Shown here: positions 8,812-18,333 of the stretch, piece after piece | Numbering within the stretch: position 1 is the stretch's first letter | Layout: every line of letters starts with the position of its first letter | DNA from: Patescibacteria group bacterium | GTDB lineage: Bacteria; Bacillota; UBA4882; JAAYXC01 | Assembly: GCA_050260175.1 (NCBI GenBank) | Contig: JBLNBS010000171.1 | Span: forward strand, 1-52,187 | DNA length: 52,187 bases | Reading direction: 5' to 3' | Notes under the pieces: generated by a model | Told to the model about the DNA's origin: nothing | The model's input: the letters and a program-made list of their open reading frames with translations, nothing else | Databases searched by the model: none | Translations under genes and position numbers: made by a program

Positions 8812-10180
8812 GCCCCCGGACGGCCAGAGCGGCTTCCATCATCGTCTCGGCCAAGGTGGGATGGGCGTGGATGGTCTCGGCCAGATCCTCGGCGGTCAGC
8901 TCGTTGCGCACGGCCACGGTGGCCTCGGCCGCCAGGTCGGACGCATGGGCGCCGATGATATGCACGCCCAGAATGCGCCCGCTCTCGGCCTCGGCGACGA
9001 TCTTGACCCAACCCTCGCTCTCGCCCATGGCCAGGGCCTTGCCGTTCGCCAGATAAGGGAACCTCCCCGTCCTGATTTCCATGCCGCGCTTGGTGGCCTC
9101 CTCCGCCGTGAGGCCAACCGACGCCACCTCGGGATCGGTGAAGACGCAGTTCGGTACGGCGGCGTCGTCATAGGTCTGGCCCGGTCCATATAGGCTCTCG
9201 ACCACGGCCAGGGCTTGGTGGGAGGCGGCGTGCGCCAGGTCGTAGGGCATATCGTTGATGTCACCGATGGCGTAGATCCCGGGAACCGTCGTCTCCAGCC
9301 CGCGGCCGACGGGTATGCGGCCTCGTTGATCGGTCCGCAGTCCCGCGCGGTCGAGATCCAGGCGGTCAGCGGCGGTCCGCCGGCCGATGGCCACCAGCAC
9401 CCGATCGACCGCGATCTCTCCCGAGGGCAGCCGCAGATGGACACCGTCGGCCTGGCGCCGGATCTCCTCAACTGACTGCCCCACGAGGACCTTGATGCCG
9501 CGTTTCCTGAAGACCCCACCAAGGGCCCGGCCGAGCTCTGGATCGAGGGACGGCAGCAAGCCGGGGAGCATTTCGACCACGGTCACTTCCGCTCCCAGTG
9601 CGGCATAGATCGAAGCGAACTCGCAGCCTATCACCCCGCCGCCGACTATAGCCAGGCGCGGCGGGATCTCCTCCAGATCGAGCGCCTCGTCGCTGGTCAT
9701 GACCGTCCGTCCGTCGTGGCCGAAGGCGGAAGGCACCATGGGTTCGGTGCCCGCGGCGATGATAATCCTCTCCGCCTCCAGGCGCAGTTCGCCCTCGACT
9801 CGGGCGACCGCGAGTTCGCGGGGGCCGATAAAGCGGGCTTCGCCCTGGATCAGCTGCACATGATTCTTGGCCAGTAAGTATTGAATGCCCCCCACCAGCC
9901 GCTTGACCACGGCGTTCTTACGGGCGATGATCCCCGCCATATCTGGCCGCACCGCGCCCGCCACCAGTCCAAACTCGGTGGCGCGCCGCATCCTGCTGTA
10001 GAGCTCGGCCGAGGTCGCCAGGGTCTTGGTGGGGATGCAGCCCCTGTTCAGACAGACTCCGCCCACCCGGTCCTTTTCGATCAGAGCGACCTCCGCTCCT
10101 CTCTGGGCCGCCCTAATGGCAGCCACGTATCCCCCGGGACCCGCGCCGACGATCGCCAACCGCACCTTTGCTCTATCCAT
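8795..10180 (-). CDS. lpdA: Dihydrolipoyl dehydrogenase (E3)
   Basis: GAGPGG FAD site, GGVCLNRGCIPTK disulfide, GGGVIG NAD site, HAHPTLAE. Confidence 0.96.
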   Translation of the reverse strand: MDRAKVRLAIVGAGPGGYVAAIRAAQRGAEVALIEKDRVGGVCLNRGCIPTKTLATSAELYSRMRRATEFGLVAGAVRPDMAGIIARKNAVVKRLVGGIQYLLAKNHVQLIQGEARFIGPRELAVARVEGELRLEAERIIIAAGTEPMVPSAFGHDGRTVMTSDEALDLEEIPPRLAIVGGGVIGCEFASIYAALGAEVTVVEMLPGLLPSLDPELGRALGGVFRKRGIKVLVGQSVEEIRRQADGVHLRLPSGEIAVDRVLVAIGRRTAADRLDLDRAGLRTDQRGRIPVGRGLETTVPGIYAIGDINDMPYDLAHAASHQALAVVESLYGPGQTYDDAAVPNCVFTDPEVASVGLTAEEATKRGMEIRTGRFPYLANGKALAMGESEGWVKIVAEAESGRILGVHIIGAHASDLAAEATVAVRNELTAEDLAETIHAHPTLAETMMEAALAVRGLAIHV

Positions 10181-10259
10181 GGATGCGCCACCTCGCTATG
10201 GGCAATTGCGCCATTGATTCCGGTGATGCCGGCCGGCCTTGGACCGGCCGGGTGAAGCC

Positions 10260-11492
10260 CTACGGCATGACCAACCGGTGTGGGGCCGCCAATAGGGAAC
10301 TGAGCCTGGCCAGGAAGCGCGCGCCAGTGACCCCGTCGATGGCCCGATGATCGCAGCTCAGGGTCATGGCTAGCGACTGCCGGACGGCGAAACCGGCGCC
10401 CTGAGCCGTCACGCACGGCATCACCCGACCCACGGCCAGGATCGCCACCTCGGGCGGGTTGATGATGGCGGAAAACTCATCGACTCCATACATGCCGAGG
10501 TTGCTTACGGTAAAGGTCCCGCCACTGCACTCGTCCGGCGAGAGCCGTCCGCCCTTGGCCCGCTCCACGAGATCCCGAACCCGGCGGGACAGGGCGAAGA
10601 GATCGAGCCGTTCCGCCCCACGGATCACCGGGACGATCAGGCCGTCCTCCAACGCCACCGCCACGCCCAGATCGATGGAGGAATGGAGGACCAGTTCGTT
10701 GCCGTCCAGAGCCGCGTTCAGCTCGGGAAACTCCTGCAGAGCCAGGACGCACGCCCGCAGGATGAGGTCGGTGACGGAGAGATCGCTCCGGCCTTCGCCG
10801 CCCCTCCGCTCCGCGTTGAGATCCGCCCTCATGTTCATGAGATCCGTCGCATCAGCCGTGGCTTTGAGGTAAAAATGGGGTATGGTCGTGAAGCTCTCGG
10901 TCAACCGGCGGGCGATGATCTGCCGCATGCGCGAGAGCGGCACGCGTCGTTCCCCGCCTCCGGAGGACGGGGCCGGCGCGGTGGCCCGCGAGGCTCCGCA
11001 CTGCACGCGGGCCTCCACGTCCGCCGCGATCACCCTGCCGCCGGGACCGCTACCCGCGATCTCCCGAGGGTCCAGGCCGGCCTCGCGGGCAAGGCGCCGC
11101 GCGCGCGGTGAGATGAGGACGCGTTCCCCCTCTTTCACCCCGGGGTTCGCGGGCGGGGCTGCCGTCGAGACTGCGCCAGGCTCTGGTTCGGATGGCTTCC
11201 CCTCCGCGTTCGGCGGCGGGCTCGACGGCGCGGTCGCGGCGGGCATCTCCTCGCCCTCCGCGCCGACATAGGCAACTGGCGTCAGGACGGGAACGGTCTG
11301 ATCGGGCGGCACCAGGATCTTGAGCAACACTCCCTCGGCCGGCGATTCATACTCGATATTGACCTTGTCCGTCTGCACCTCGAATATGGGCTGTCCGCGC
11401 ACGATCCGGTCGCCCTCCTTGACCAACCAGCGCGTAATCAGACCCTCCTCCATGGTCTCGCCCAGCTTGGGAAGCTTAATCTCCGTCGCCAT
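10260..11492 (-). CDS. Dihydrolipoamide acyltransferase (E2)
   Basis: Lipoyl domain (TDKV), E3-binding domain (ISPRARRLA..GSGPGGRV), catalytic DHRAIDG; start taken at MATEIKLPK. Confidence 0.94.
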   Translation of the reverse strand: MATEIKLPKLGETMEEGLITRWLVKEGDRIVRGQPIFEVQTDKVNIEYESPAEGVLLKILVPPDQTVPVLTPVAYVGAEGEEMPAATAPSSPPPNAEGKPSEPEPGAVSTAAPPANPGVKEGERVLISPRARRLAREAGLDPREIAGSGPGGRVIAADVEARVQCGASRATAPAPSSGGGERRVPLSRMRQIIARRLTESFTTIPHFYLKATADATDLMNMRADLNAERRGGEGRSDLSVTDLILRACVLALQEFPELNAALDGNELVLHSSIDLGVAVALEDGLIVPVIRGAERLDLFALSRRVRDLVERAKGGRLSPDECSGGTFTVSNLGMYGVDEFSAIINPPEVAILAVGRVMPCVTAQGAGFAVRQSLAMTLSCDHRAIDGVTGARFLARLSSLLAAPHRLVMP

Positions 11493-11532
11493 TCTTTCTC
11501 GTCTCCCCACCTTAGATCCTACCGGGGTCCTT

Positions 11533-12522
11533 CTAGGCCACCTGGTTTCTGGCCAGCGCTCTGGCTGCCGCGGCGATGCGCTGCGGATCTGGCACCGCCA
11601 GCCGTTCCATGGGCTCGCTCATGGGGATGGGCACGTCCGCCGCTGCCACCCTGACCACCGGCGCATCCAAATAGTCGAAGGCCTCGCTCATGACCCTGGC
11701 CGCCACCTCGGCACCGACGCCGCCCGTCAGGCACCCCTCTTCGACCGTGACCAGGCGGCCCGTCTTCCTGATCGACTCGAGGATCGGTTCCATGTCCATA
11801 GGCGCCAGGGTGCGGGGATCGATCACCTCGGCCTCGATGCCCTCCTCCTTGGCCAGGGATTCGGCGGCCTTCAAGGCGAAGAGCAGCATACGGGAATAGG
11901 CCAGAATAGTCACGTCCCTGCCGGGCCTCTTGACCTCGCTTCGGCCCAAGGGGACAAGGTATTCACCCTCAGGCACCTCACCCTTGGCGGAATAGAGCAT
12001 CTTGTGCTCGATGAAAAGCACGGGGTTGTCGTCGCGAATAGAGGCCTTGAGCAGGCCCTTCGCGTCATATGGCGTCCCGGGCATGACCACCTTGAGGCCG
12101 GGAACATGCAGGAACCAGGCCTCGAGGCTCTGCGAATGATGGCCGGCCAGGCAGCGACCGGCACCGCCCTGCGTGCGCAGGACCATGGGCACCGTTGCTT
12201 TGCCTCCGAACATGTACCTGATCTTGGCCGCCTGATTGACGAGTTGGTCCATGGCCAGAGTCAAAAAGTCGACGTACATAATCTCCGCCACCGGACGGAG
12301 GCCGGTCATGGCCGCACCCACAGCGGCCCCGGTGATGACCTGCTCGCTGATGGCCGTGTCGCGGACCCGTTCGTCGCCAAACCGTTCCCAGAGGCCCGTG
12401 GTCACGCCGTAGGCACCTCCGTAGATAGCGACATCCTCCCCCATGATGAAGACACGCTCGTCGCGCTCCATCTCCTCGGCGAGCGCCTCGTTCAGGGCCT
12501 GGCGATAAGTAATCTCGCGCAT
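11533..12522 (-). CDS. Acetoin/2-oxoacid dehydrogenase E1 beta subunit
   Basis: [36 protein letters not shown] motifs; AcoB/PdhB-like. Confidence 0.94.
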   Translation of the reverse strand: MREITYRQALNEALAEEMERDERVFIMGEDVAIYGGAYGVTTGLWERFGDERVRDTAISEQVITGAAVGAAMTGLRPVAEIMYVDFLTLAMDQLVNQAAKIRYMFGGKATVPMVLRTQGGAGRCLAGHHSQSLEAWFLHVPGLKVVMPGTPYDAKGLLKASIRDDNPVLFIEHKMLYSAKGEVPEGEYLVPLGRSEVKRPGRDVTILAYSRMLLFALKAAESLAKEEGIEAEVIDPRTLAPMDMEPILESIRKTGRLVTVEEGCLTGGVGAEVAARVMSEAFDYLDAPVVRVAAADVPIPMSEPMERLAVPDPQRIAAAARALARNQVA

Positions 12523-12625
12523 GCGGCAATCCCCCTGTCAGAATCCTACGTGAGGCGAGGAATCAATGATTAAGGTATAAGGCATCATGCATGGGGCATG
12601 AACCGGCTTGCAACCTCTCATTTTC

Positions 12626-12751
12626 CCTTTCCCCTATTGCCTATTGCCTTTTCCCTTTTCCCTTTTGCCTTTCCCCTTTTCCCTATTGCCTTTCCCCTAT
12701 CGCCTATTGCCTATTGCCTTTCCCCTTTCCCCTTTTCCCTTTTGCCTTTTC
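12626..12751. repeat. Tandem array of 18 in-phase heptamers CCT(A/T)T(T/C)(C/G)
   Basis: Units CCTTTCC, CCTATTG, CCTTTTC, CCTTTTG and CCTATCG counted in register from 12626 to 12751, with degenerate units on each side. Confidence 0.95.
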
Positions 12752-12758
12752 CCTTCTT

Positions 12759-13736
12759 TCAGGCATACAAATCCTCGTATAGCTGCTCTGGCGCGGGATA
12801 GGGACTCTGCCGCGCGAAGGCCGTGGCCTCCTCCACGTCCCTTTTCGCTAAGGCCTCGACCTCAGCCGCCTCGGCTTCGGTGATCACACCGGACGTCACC
12901 AGCCGCCGAGCAAAGGTAGGGATGGGATCGCGCCCCTTCCAGTGGGCCTCCTCCTCTTTGGTCCGATAAACCCGCGGGTCGCTGCGGGAATGTCCGTAGT
13001 AGCGATATGTCTTGCACTCGATAAACGTCGGTCCCCCGCCGTTTCTGGCCCGTTCCGCGGCCCTGGCCACAGCGTCCTTGACCGCCAGGACATCCATGCC
13101 GTCAACGATCTCGCTTGGCATCAGGTAGCCCTTCGCCCGCTCGGCCAGGTCCGTGAGGTTGGTGCAGCGGGAGACGGCGACCGACATGCCGTAAAGATTG
13201 TTCTCGCAGACGAAGACGACCGGCAGCCGCCACGTCGCGGCCATGTTCATCGACTCGTGCGCCGTGCCTTCGTTCGCCGCTCCGTCCCCGAAAAAGCAGA
13301 CCACCACCTGTCCCGAACGCCGCATCTGGGCCGAGAGGGCGGCGCCGACCGCGATGGGGAACCCTCCGCCCACGATGCCGTTGGCGCCCAGGTTACCGGT
13401 ATTCAGATCCGCGAGGTGGAGGCTGCCTCCCTTCCCCTTGCAGCAACCCGTCGTTTTGCCGCAGATCTCGGCCATGAGCTCGGGCAGTTTGCCGCCCTTG
13501 GCGATGGCGTGTCCGTGTCCGCGGTGGGTGCTGGAGATGAGATCGGTCGGTCGGAGGGCCGCGCACGCCCCCACCGCCACCGCCTCCTGGCCCGCGTAAA
13601 GATGAGAGCCGCCCTGGATGTAGTTTTCGGCCAAGAGATCCATGACCGTGGCCTCGAAGAACCTGATCTGGTGCATCTGGCGCAGCATGCGCACCAGTTC
13701 CTCACGGTCCTCCTTGACCAGCAATTCGTCTGCCAT
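12759..13736 (-). CDS. Acetoin/2-oxoacid dehydrogenase E1 alpha subunit (TPP-dependent)
   Basis: HLYAGQEA, THRGHGH, GKGGSLH, TPP motif GDGA...ENN, YRYYGHS; AcoA/PdhA-like. Confidence 0.94.
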   Translation of the reverse strand: MADELLVKEDREELVRMLRQMHQIRFFEATVMDLLAENYIQGGSHLYAGQEAVAVGACAALRPTDLISSTHRGHGHAIAKGGKLPELMAEICGKTTGCCKGKGGSLHLADLNTGNLGANGIVGGGFPIAVGAALSAQMRRSGQVVVCFFGDGAANEGTAHESMNMAATWRLPVVFVCENNLYGMSVAVSRCTNLTDLAERAKGYLMPSEIVDGMDVLAVKDAVARAAERARNGGGPTFIECKTYRYYGHSRSDPRVYRTKEEEAHWKGRDPIPTFARRLVTSGVITEAEAAEVEALAKRDVEEATAFARQSPYPAPEQLYEDLYA

Positions 13737-13750
13737 TACAGTCCCTCCCT

Positions 13751-14851
13751 CTATCTGCCGCCGGAGTCGACGCCCGGAACGAGGCGGCCGGCGCCTTCGC
13801 CCACGTCATCCCCGGGCACGATGATCGTCTTCATACCCTCGCCCCGCTCGCAGCGGCGGATCCCCTCCGCCAGGCCGTCAAGGCCCGCCATCTGTCCGAT
13901 GTATCTGCCCACGCGCACCCGGCTGGAGGCGATCAGACTCAGGGCCATGCGGTTTTGCTCCGCCGTGGAGCCCGATGTGCCGGTCACCGTGAATTCCCCG
14001 TAATGGATCAGGTTGCTGTCGATGGCGATCTCCGAACGGCCCTTGGGCAGGCCGCCGAAGAAATTCACGCTGCCCCTCTTGGCCACCATGCTCAACGCCT
14101 GCACCTGCGCCACAGCGGACGAACAGGCCACGATGACCGCATCGGCCCCCCTGCCGCCCGTTTCCTCCCTCACCCTCGCGATGGGATCCTCATTGACGGC
14201 GTCGATGAGGACATCCGGCGCGGCCAAGGCCTCCGCCTCCCTCAAGCGGGCCGCCGAGGCCTCGGTCGCGATGACCTTCACGGCACCGCGGGCGCGGGCG
14301 AGTTCCACATGAAAGCAGCCCAAAGGACCGGCGCCGATGATCGCCACCGTATCGCCCAGGGAGATCCGGGAAAGCTCCTGGCCATTGATGGCGCAGGCCA
14401 GCGGCTCGGCCAAGGCTCCCTCGGCGAAGGAGACCGCGTCCGGCAAGGGATTGACGATGCCCGCCCTGACTCCGAGAGCCGGCACGGCCATGTACTCGGC
14501 GTAACCGCCATCCCACCTGTAGCCGATGGCCGCCAACGAATCGCACTGGCCCGTGATGCCACGGCGGCAATAATGGCAGGTGCCGCAAGGAACCACCGGG
14601 GCCACGGCGACCCGCTGCCCCACGGATAGCCCCTCCGCCTCGGGCCCGACCTCCACGATGGTCCCCGCCACCTCGTGGCCGATGATGCGCGGCAGATGAA
14701 GCATGCGATGGCCCTTGTGGTAGACCTTCACATCGGTGCCGCATACGGCGCACGCGCCGACCTTGACGATCACCCCGCCGGGCTCGCAGACGGGGTCGGG
14801 CACCATGCCCAGGCGCAGATCCTCGAGATCAACCAGGGTCGCCGCTTTCAT
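13751..14851 (-). CDS. Zinc-dependent alcohol/polyol dehydrogenase (L-iditol 2-dehydrogenase-like MDR)
   Basis: CGTD, GHE, CxxCxxC-x7-C structural Zn site, GAGPLG; start at ATG 14851 after GGAGGAGG. Confidence 0.9.
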   Translation of the reverse strand: MKAATLVDLEDLRLGMVPDPVCEPGGVIVKVGACAVCGTDVKVYHKGHRMLHLPRIIGHEVAGTIVEVGPEAEGLSVGQRVAVAPVVPCGTCHYCRRGITGQCDSLAAIGYRWDGGYAEYMAVPALGVRAGIVNPLPDAVSFAEGALAEPLACAINGQELSRISLGDTVAIIGAGPLGCFHVELARARGAVKVIATEASAARLREAEALAAPDVLIDAVNEDPIARVREETGGRGADAVIVACSSAVAQVQALSMVAKRGSVNFFGGLPKGRSEIAIDSNLIHYGEFTVTGTSGSTAEQNRMALSLIASSRVRVGRYIGQMAGLDGLAEGIRRCERGEGMKTIIVPGDDVGEGAGRLVPGVDSGGR

Positions 14852-14930
14852 GTTCCCCGCCTCCTCCGCTTTCGTAAGCCGTTTTTCCGGAATCGCGCCG
14901 TGTCCCGTGTCAACGCGCGGAGCGGACATC

Positions 14931-16118
14931 TCACGGCGTCGCAGCCGCAGCCGACGTGGCGCGGCGTGCGCTCTCAAACGCGCGATAGTATCGCCTAACC
15001 ATGGCGGTCAACGATTCGGCGGGCGCGAGTCCGCAGATCTCGACCAGGGCGCGTTCGAGCCCCCCGAGGCGAATTGCATCCTGGAGACGCTCGGCCCCCT
15101 TATCTCCGGGCGCCATAAAGCGCAGGCCGGCGGCGATGGCCTTGGCCATGATCCGCGGCGTGCCGCCGTGCTTGACGATGAGCCTGGCCGCGCCGACCAG
15201 GCGGTCGTCGGGCTGAAGCTTGCGCCAGGGATCCCGGCCGACACGGGCGACGGTGTCGCCGAGTGCCCTATCCGCGAAACGCCGGCGCAGATCCGCGGCG
15301 TGATCCAGGACGTCCCGCAGCGGGATCCCATGTTCCAGACTGAGGGCGCGGGCGCTCTCATGCATGCCCGTCTCCACGTCGCGCCGGATGGCGGGATCCG
15401 CCATAGCCTCGCCGATCAGGCGGAAACCCGCGGCGTGGCCGAGATAAGCAGCAATGGCGTGGCCCGCGTTGTGCAGATAGAGCTTGCGCTGGATGTAGTA
15501 GTCAAAAGGCCGACAGGGCAAAAGATGAGCGAGTCTTGGGATGGGGCCGCGAAAGCCATCCGCATCCACCGGCAGCTCGCAATAGGGTTCAGCCCAGACC
15601 CGCAGAGGATCCAGTGCCCGACGCTCGGGCGTGACGAGGGGCACCATCCGTCCGATGGAAGCCTCGACCAGGCCGAGGTTGGCCGAGAGGGAAGCCGGCA
15701 GGTGTTTCTCGACCTCAATACGGAGATAACGCTCGGCGCCGAGCAGATTCTCGCAGATGATCACGTCCAGGGGTCTGCCCGGAGTCAATTCCGCTCTGAG
15801 TAGGCATGCTCTGGCGATGAGAGGCGCCACGCCGGCTAGGGCATTGACTCCCACCGCCGTGGCCGCGAGGTCGGCCTCCGCCAGCTCCCGAACCGCCGCG
15901 GCATCCTCGCAGTCGACGGCCCGCACGCCCTCGACCATGAACTCCTTGTCTCCCGCCTCGGAGACGAGGCTAATGGGATACTTGCGGCATCGATTGAGGG
16001 AGGCCACGAGCTCTCGATTCGCCTCGATGAAGACGAGGTCATAGCCGCTTTCGGCGAATATCTGGCCCAGGAATCCGCGCCCGATATTCCCCGCTCCAAA
16101 GACAACCGCCTTGGGCAA
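14931..16118 (-). CDS. Mannitol-1-phosphate 5-dehydrogenase-like (polyol-phosphate dehydrogenase family)
   Basis: FGAGNIGRGF, IICEN, RKLYLHNAGH, DTVARVGRDP.RKL...DRL; MtlD family, substrate not established. Confidence 0.88.
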   Translation of the reverse strand: MPKAVVFGAGNIGRGFLGQIFAESGYDLVFIEANRELVASLNRCRKYPISLVSEAGDKEFMVEGVRAVDCEDAAAVRELAEADLAATAVGVNALAGVAPLIARACLLRAELTPGRPLDVIICENLLGAERYLRIEVEKHLPASLSANLGLVEASIGRMVPLVTPERRALDPLRVWAEPYCELPVDADGFRGPIPRLAHLLPCRPFDYYIQRKLYLHNAGHAIAAYLGHAAGFRLIGEAMADPAIRRDVETGMHESARALSLEHGIPLRDVLDHAADLRRRFADRALGDTVARVGRDPWRKLQPDDRLVGAARLIVKHGGTPRIMAKAIAAGLRFMAPGDKGAERLQDAIRLGGLERALVEICGLAPAESLTAMVRRYYRAFESARRATSAAAATP

Positions 16119-16138
16119 GAAGACTCAGCCCCTCTTCT

Positions 16139-17305
16139 CTATGCCATCCGCCCGCCCGGTCCCAGCCAGACTCCCGGCCGTCCGCCGCGGCGCCAGCCTT
16201 CTCCAGGACACCACTCCCGCCGGGGATGCGCGGCGGCCATCGCCAATACTTCCTCCCAGGTGCCGAGACCGCTGTACGCGTCCGCCGCCCGCAGGTTCTG
16301 GGCGCCGGCGGTGCATGCCGCGCCGAGCGCCTCCTCGGGCCCCATGCCTCCCAGCACTCCCGTGAGGAAACCGGCGATGGCGCAATCGCCCGCGCCGGTC
16401 GCCGAGACGACCGTGGGGACCTCCAGGGCCTCGGCCCAGATCTCGCGCCGCGCCCAGCCGGGTCCGAGCGAGGGGGCGTCTCCGGTGATGAGATAGATGC
16501 CGCGCCGGCCGCATTTTACCCCCACTACGCCGATGCCCATCTCCAGACAGGAGGCGGCCAGCGACCTCACCCGTTCGACCGGGGCCTCCTCCTCCATCTT
16601 CCGCCCGCTCCGCCGGCTTTCTTCGAGAGACGCCAGAAATCCCCGGAAATCGAGCATTTCGTAGAGCTCTTCATAGCTTGGGAGAAAGATGTCCAGCACG
16701 GGCGCGATGCGCCGCATGATCGCCGGCCAGTCCTCCCTGGCGGCCTCGGAACCGGGATCCATGAATTGCATGTCCAGGGAGGTGATGAGTCCGTGCTCCT
16801 TGGCCCGGGCCAGGATGCGAAACGTCTCTCGCCCCTGTTCCCGGTAGAGGCTCGCCATAAGGGTGGGATAACCGAGGTGCAGGAGGTGGGCCTTGGCCAG
16901 GAGATCGTCGGGAATATCGTCCGCGCAGAACTGCTCGTTGGCTCCGGGATGATGGAGGAAAAAGCGGTCGCTCCCAGGCGGAGCCACGACCACGGAGTAG
17001 GAAGTGGTTAGCCCGGCTCCCTCCCGGATCTCCCCATCCAGACCGAAACGCTGCATGTAGCGCCGGCAGATCAGCCCTAATTCATCGGGGCCCACCTTGG
17101 CCACGGCGGCGATCCGGTTGCCGAACCTGCGCATGGCCAGCCCGGTGTTGGCCACGGCGCCGCCGTTGGCGAAGACCGCCGGACCGACGCGGTGGAGACT
17201 GCCGGGGATGAATCCCTCGCGCGGCGCGTCCCGGTCAAAGAGCGGCGTGATGTCCACGCAGATGTGCCCGGCCACGATGGCCGCAAATATCCTTGGCTCC
17301 TTCAT
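16139..17305 (-). CDS. PfkB-family carbohydrate kinase
   Basis: GGAVANTG..., KVG.D..G, C-terminal SATGAGD anion-hole motif; ATG at 17305 after GAGGAG. Confidence 0.9.
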   Translation of the reverse strand: MKEPRIFAAIVAGHICVDITPLFDRDAPREGFIPGSLHRVGPAVFANGGAVANTGLAMRRFGNRIAAVAKVGPDELGLICRRYMQRFGLDGEIREGAGLTTSYSVVVAPPGSDRFFLHHPGANEQFCADDIPDDLLAKAHLLHLGYPTLMASLYREQGRETFRILARAKEHGLITSLDMQFMDPGSEAAREDWPAIMRRIAPVLDIFLPSYEELYEMLDFRGFLASLEESRRSGRKMEEEAPVERVRSLAASCLEMGIGVVGVKCGRRGIYLITGDAPSLGPGWARREIWAEALEVPTVVSATGAGDCAIAGFLTGVLGGMGPEEALGAACTAGAQNLRAADAYSGLGTWEEVLAMAAAHPRREWCPGEGWRRGGRPGVWLGPGGRMA

Positions 17306-17480
17306 GCCTAGCACTCCTCGGTCGAACGTCCGGCGCTGGCCGGTTCCAAACCGATGTGAAACCCGTCCTTTGCCCCGGGGACAAGCCTCCCGGCTGCGTG
17401 AACGGGGCTTGGATGGGCTTTGAAGCTCGGCCGACAGGGCGTACGGGCGTCCAGTACGGCCTGGGGTTTCAGCCTTGGGA

Positions 17481-18287
17481 TCATGGCGGTGAGGTTTTCG
17501 CGCCTGAGCTCGTCCTCTCCCCTCCGGCTTCGCAGACGATCATCCCGGCGCGGGTCGCCGCCTCGGCCAGATCGGCAGGGAGCGGCGCATCCGTGGCCAT
17601 GGCCTGCACCTCGGCAAAGCCGGCGAAGGTGAAGGGGAAGATGCGCCCGAACTTGCCGGAGTCACAGAGCACCGCCGCGCGCCGGGCCTTGGCGATTACC
17701 GCCCGCTTCAGATCGCACTCCACGGCGTTCAGATTGGTAAAACCGGTATCCACGGCCACGCCGGATGCGCCCATGAACGCCAGGTCGATATGGAGCGACG
17801 CGAGTTGGGAGAGACTCCACTGGCCCGAGAGCGAGAGAGTGGAGGGATTGACCTGGCCTCCCAGGAGCATGACCGCAAGGCTCCTCCTGCGGGCGAGGCG
17901 AAGGGCGATGGCGGGGTCGTTCGTCACGATCAGCCGCTCCTGATCCTCGGGGAGCATGGTAGCAAAGAGATCCAGCGTGGTGCCGGCATCGAGGTAGATG
18001 ACGTGGTGCTCGGGAGTGAGCAGGCGCAATGCCGCCTCTGCGGTCAGCCTCTTGAGCTCGGGCCGCTCCGAGCGGCGGAGGAGGATGTCGTCCGCGGCCG
18101 TGGGCTCGATCAGACGCACACCGCCGTATGTGCGGATTACCTTGCCCTCCTCCTCCAGGCGATCGAGGTCGCGGCGGAGCGTGGATTCCGAGACGTGCGG
18201 CAGGGCTTCCTTGAGCTCGGCCAGATGAACCTCGGCCCCGTGCCGATGGAGCATGGCCATGATTTGCTCGGAACGCTCATTTTTCAA
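17481..18287 (-). CDS. DeoR/GlpR-family transcriptional regulator
   Basis: VSESTLRRDL HTH, RTYGG, IYLDAGTT, LLGG, CDSGKF. Confidence 0.94.
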   Translation of the reverse strand: MKNERSEQIMAMLHRHGAEVHLAELKEALPHVSESTLRRDLDRLEEEGKVIRTYGGVRLIEPTAADDILLRRSERPELKRLTAEAALRLLTPEHHVIYLDAGTTLDLFATMLPEDQERLIVTNDPAIALRLARRRSLAVMLLGGQVNPSTLSLSGQWSLSQLASLHIDLAFMGASGVAVDTGFTNLNAVECDLKRAVIAKARRAAVLCDSGKFGRIFPFTFAGFAEVQAMATDAPLPADLAEAATRAGMIVCEAGGERTSSGAKTSPP

Positions 18288-18304
18288 CCCAGATCACCAG
18301 GAGA

Positions 18305-18333
18305 ATCATCTCATACTTGCGCGTTTTTGTCAA
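18305..18333 (-). promoter_or_regulatory. SigA-type promoter for the DeoR-led operon, inside the 3' end of the MFS gene
   Basis: TTGACA (18333-18328), 17 nt, GATGAT with upstream TG; flanking ATCATGAT/AATCAT motifs could be an operator. Confidence 0.55.

Noticed and set aside
12626-12751. CRISPR array
   Set aside because: The units are contiguous 7-mers with no spacers, and there are no cas genes in the window.
12591-12883. Low-complexity F/P/L-rich ORFs
   Set aside because: These are translations of the heptamer array, not credible proteins.
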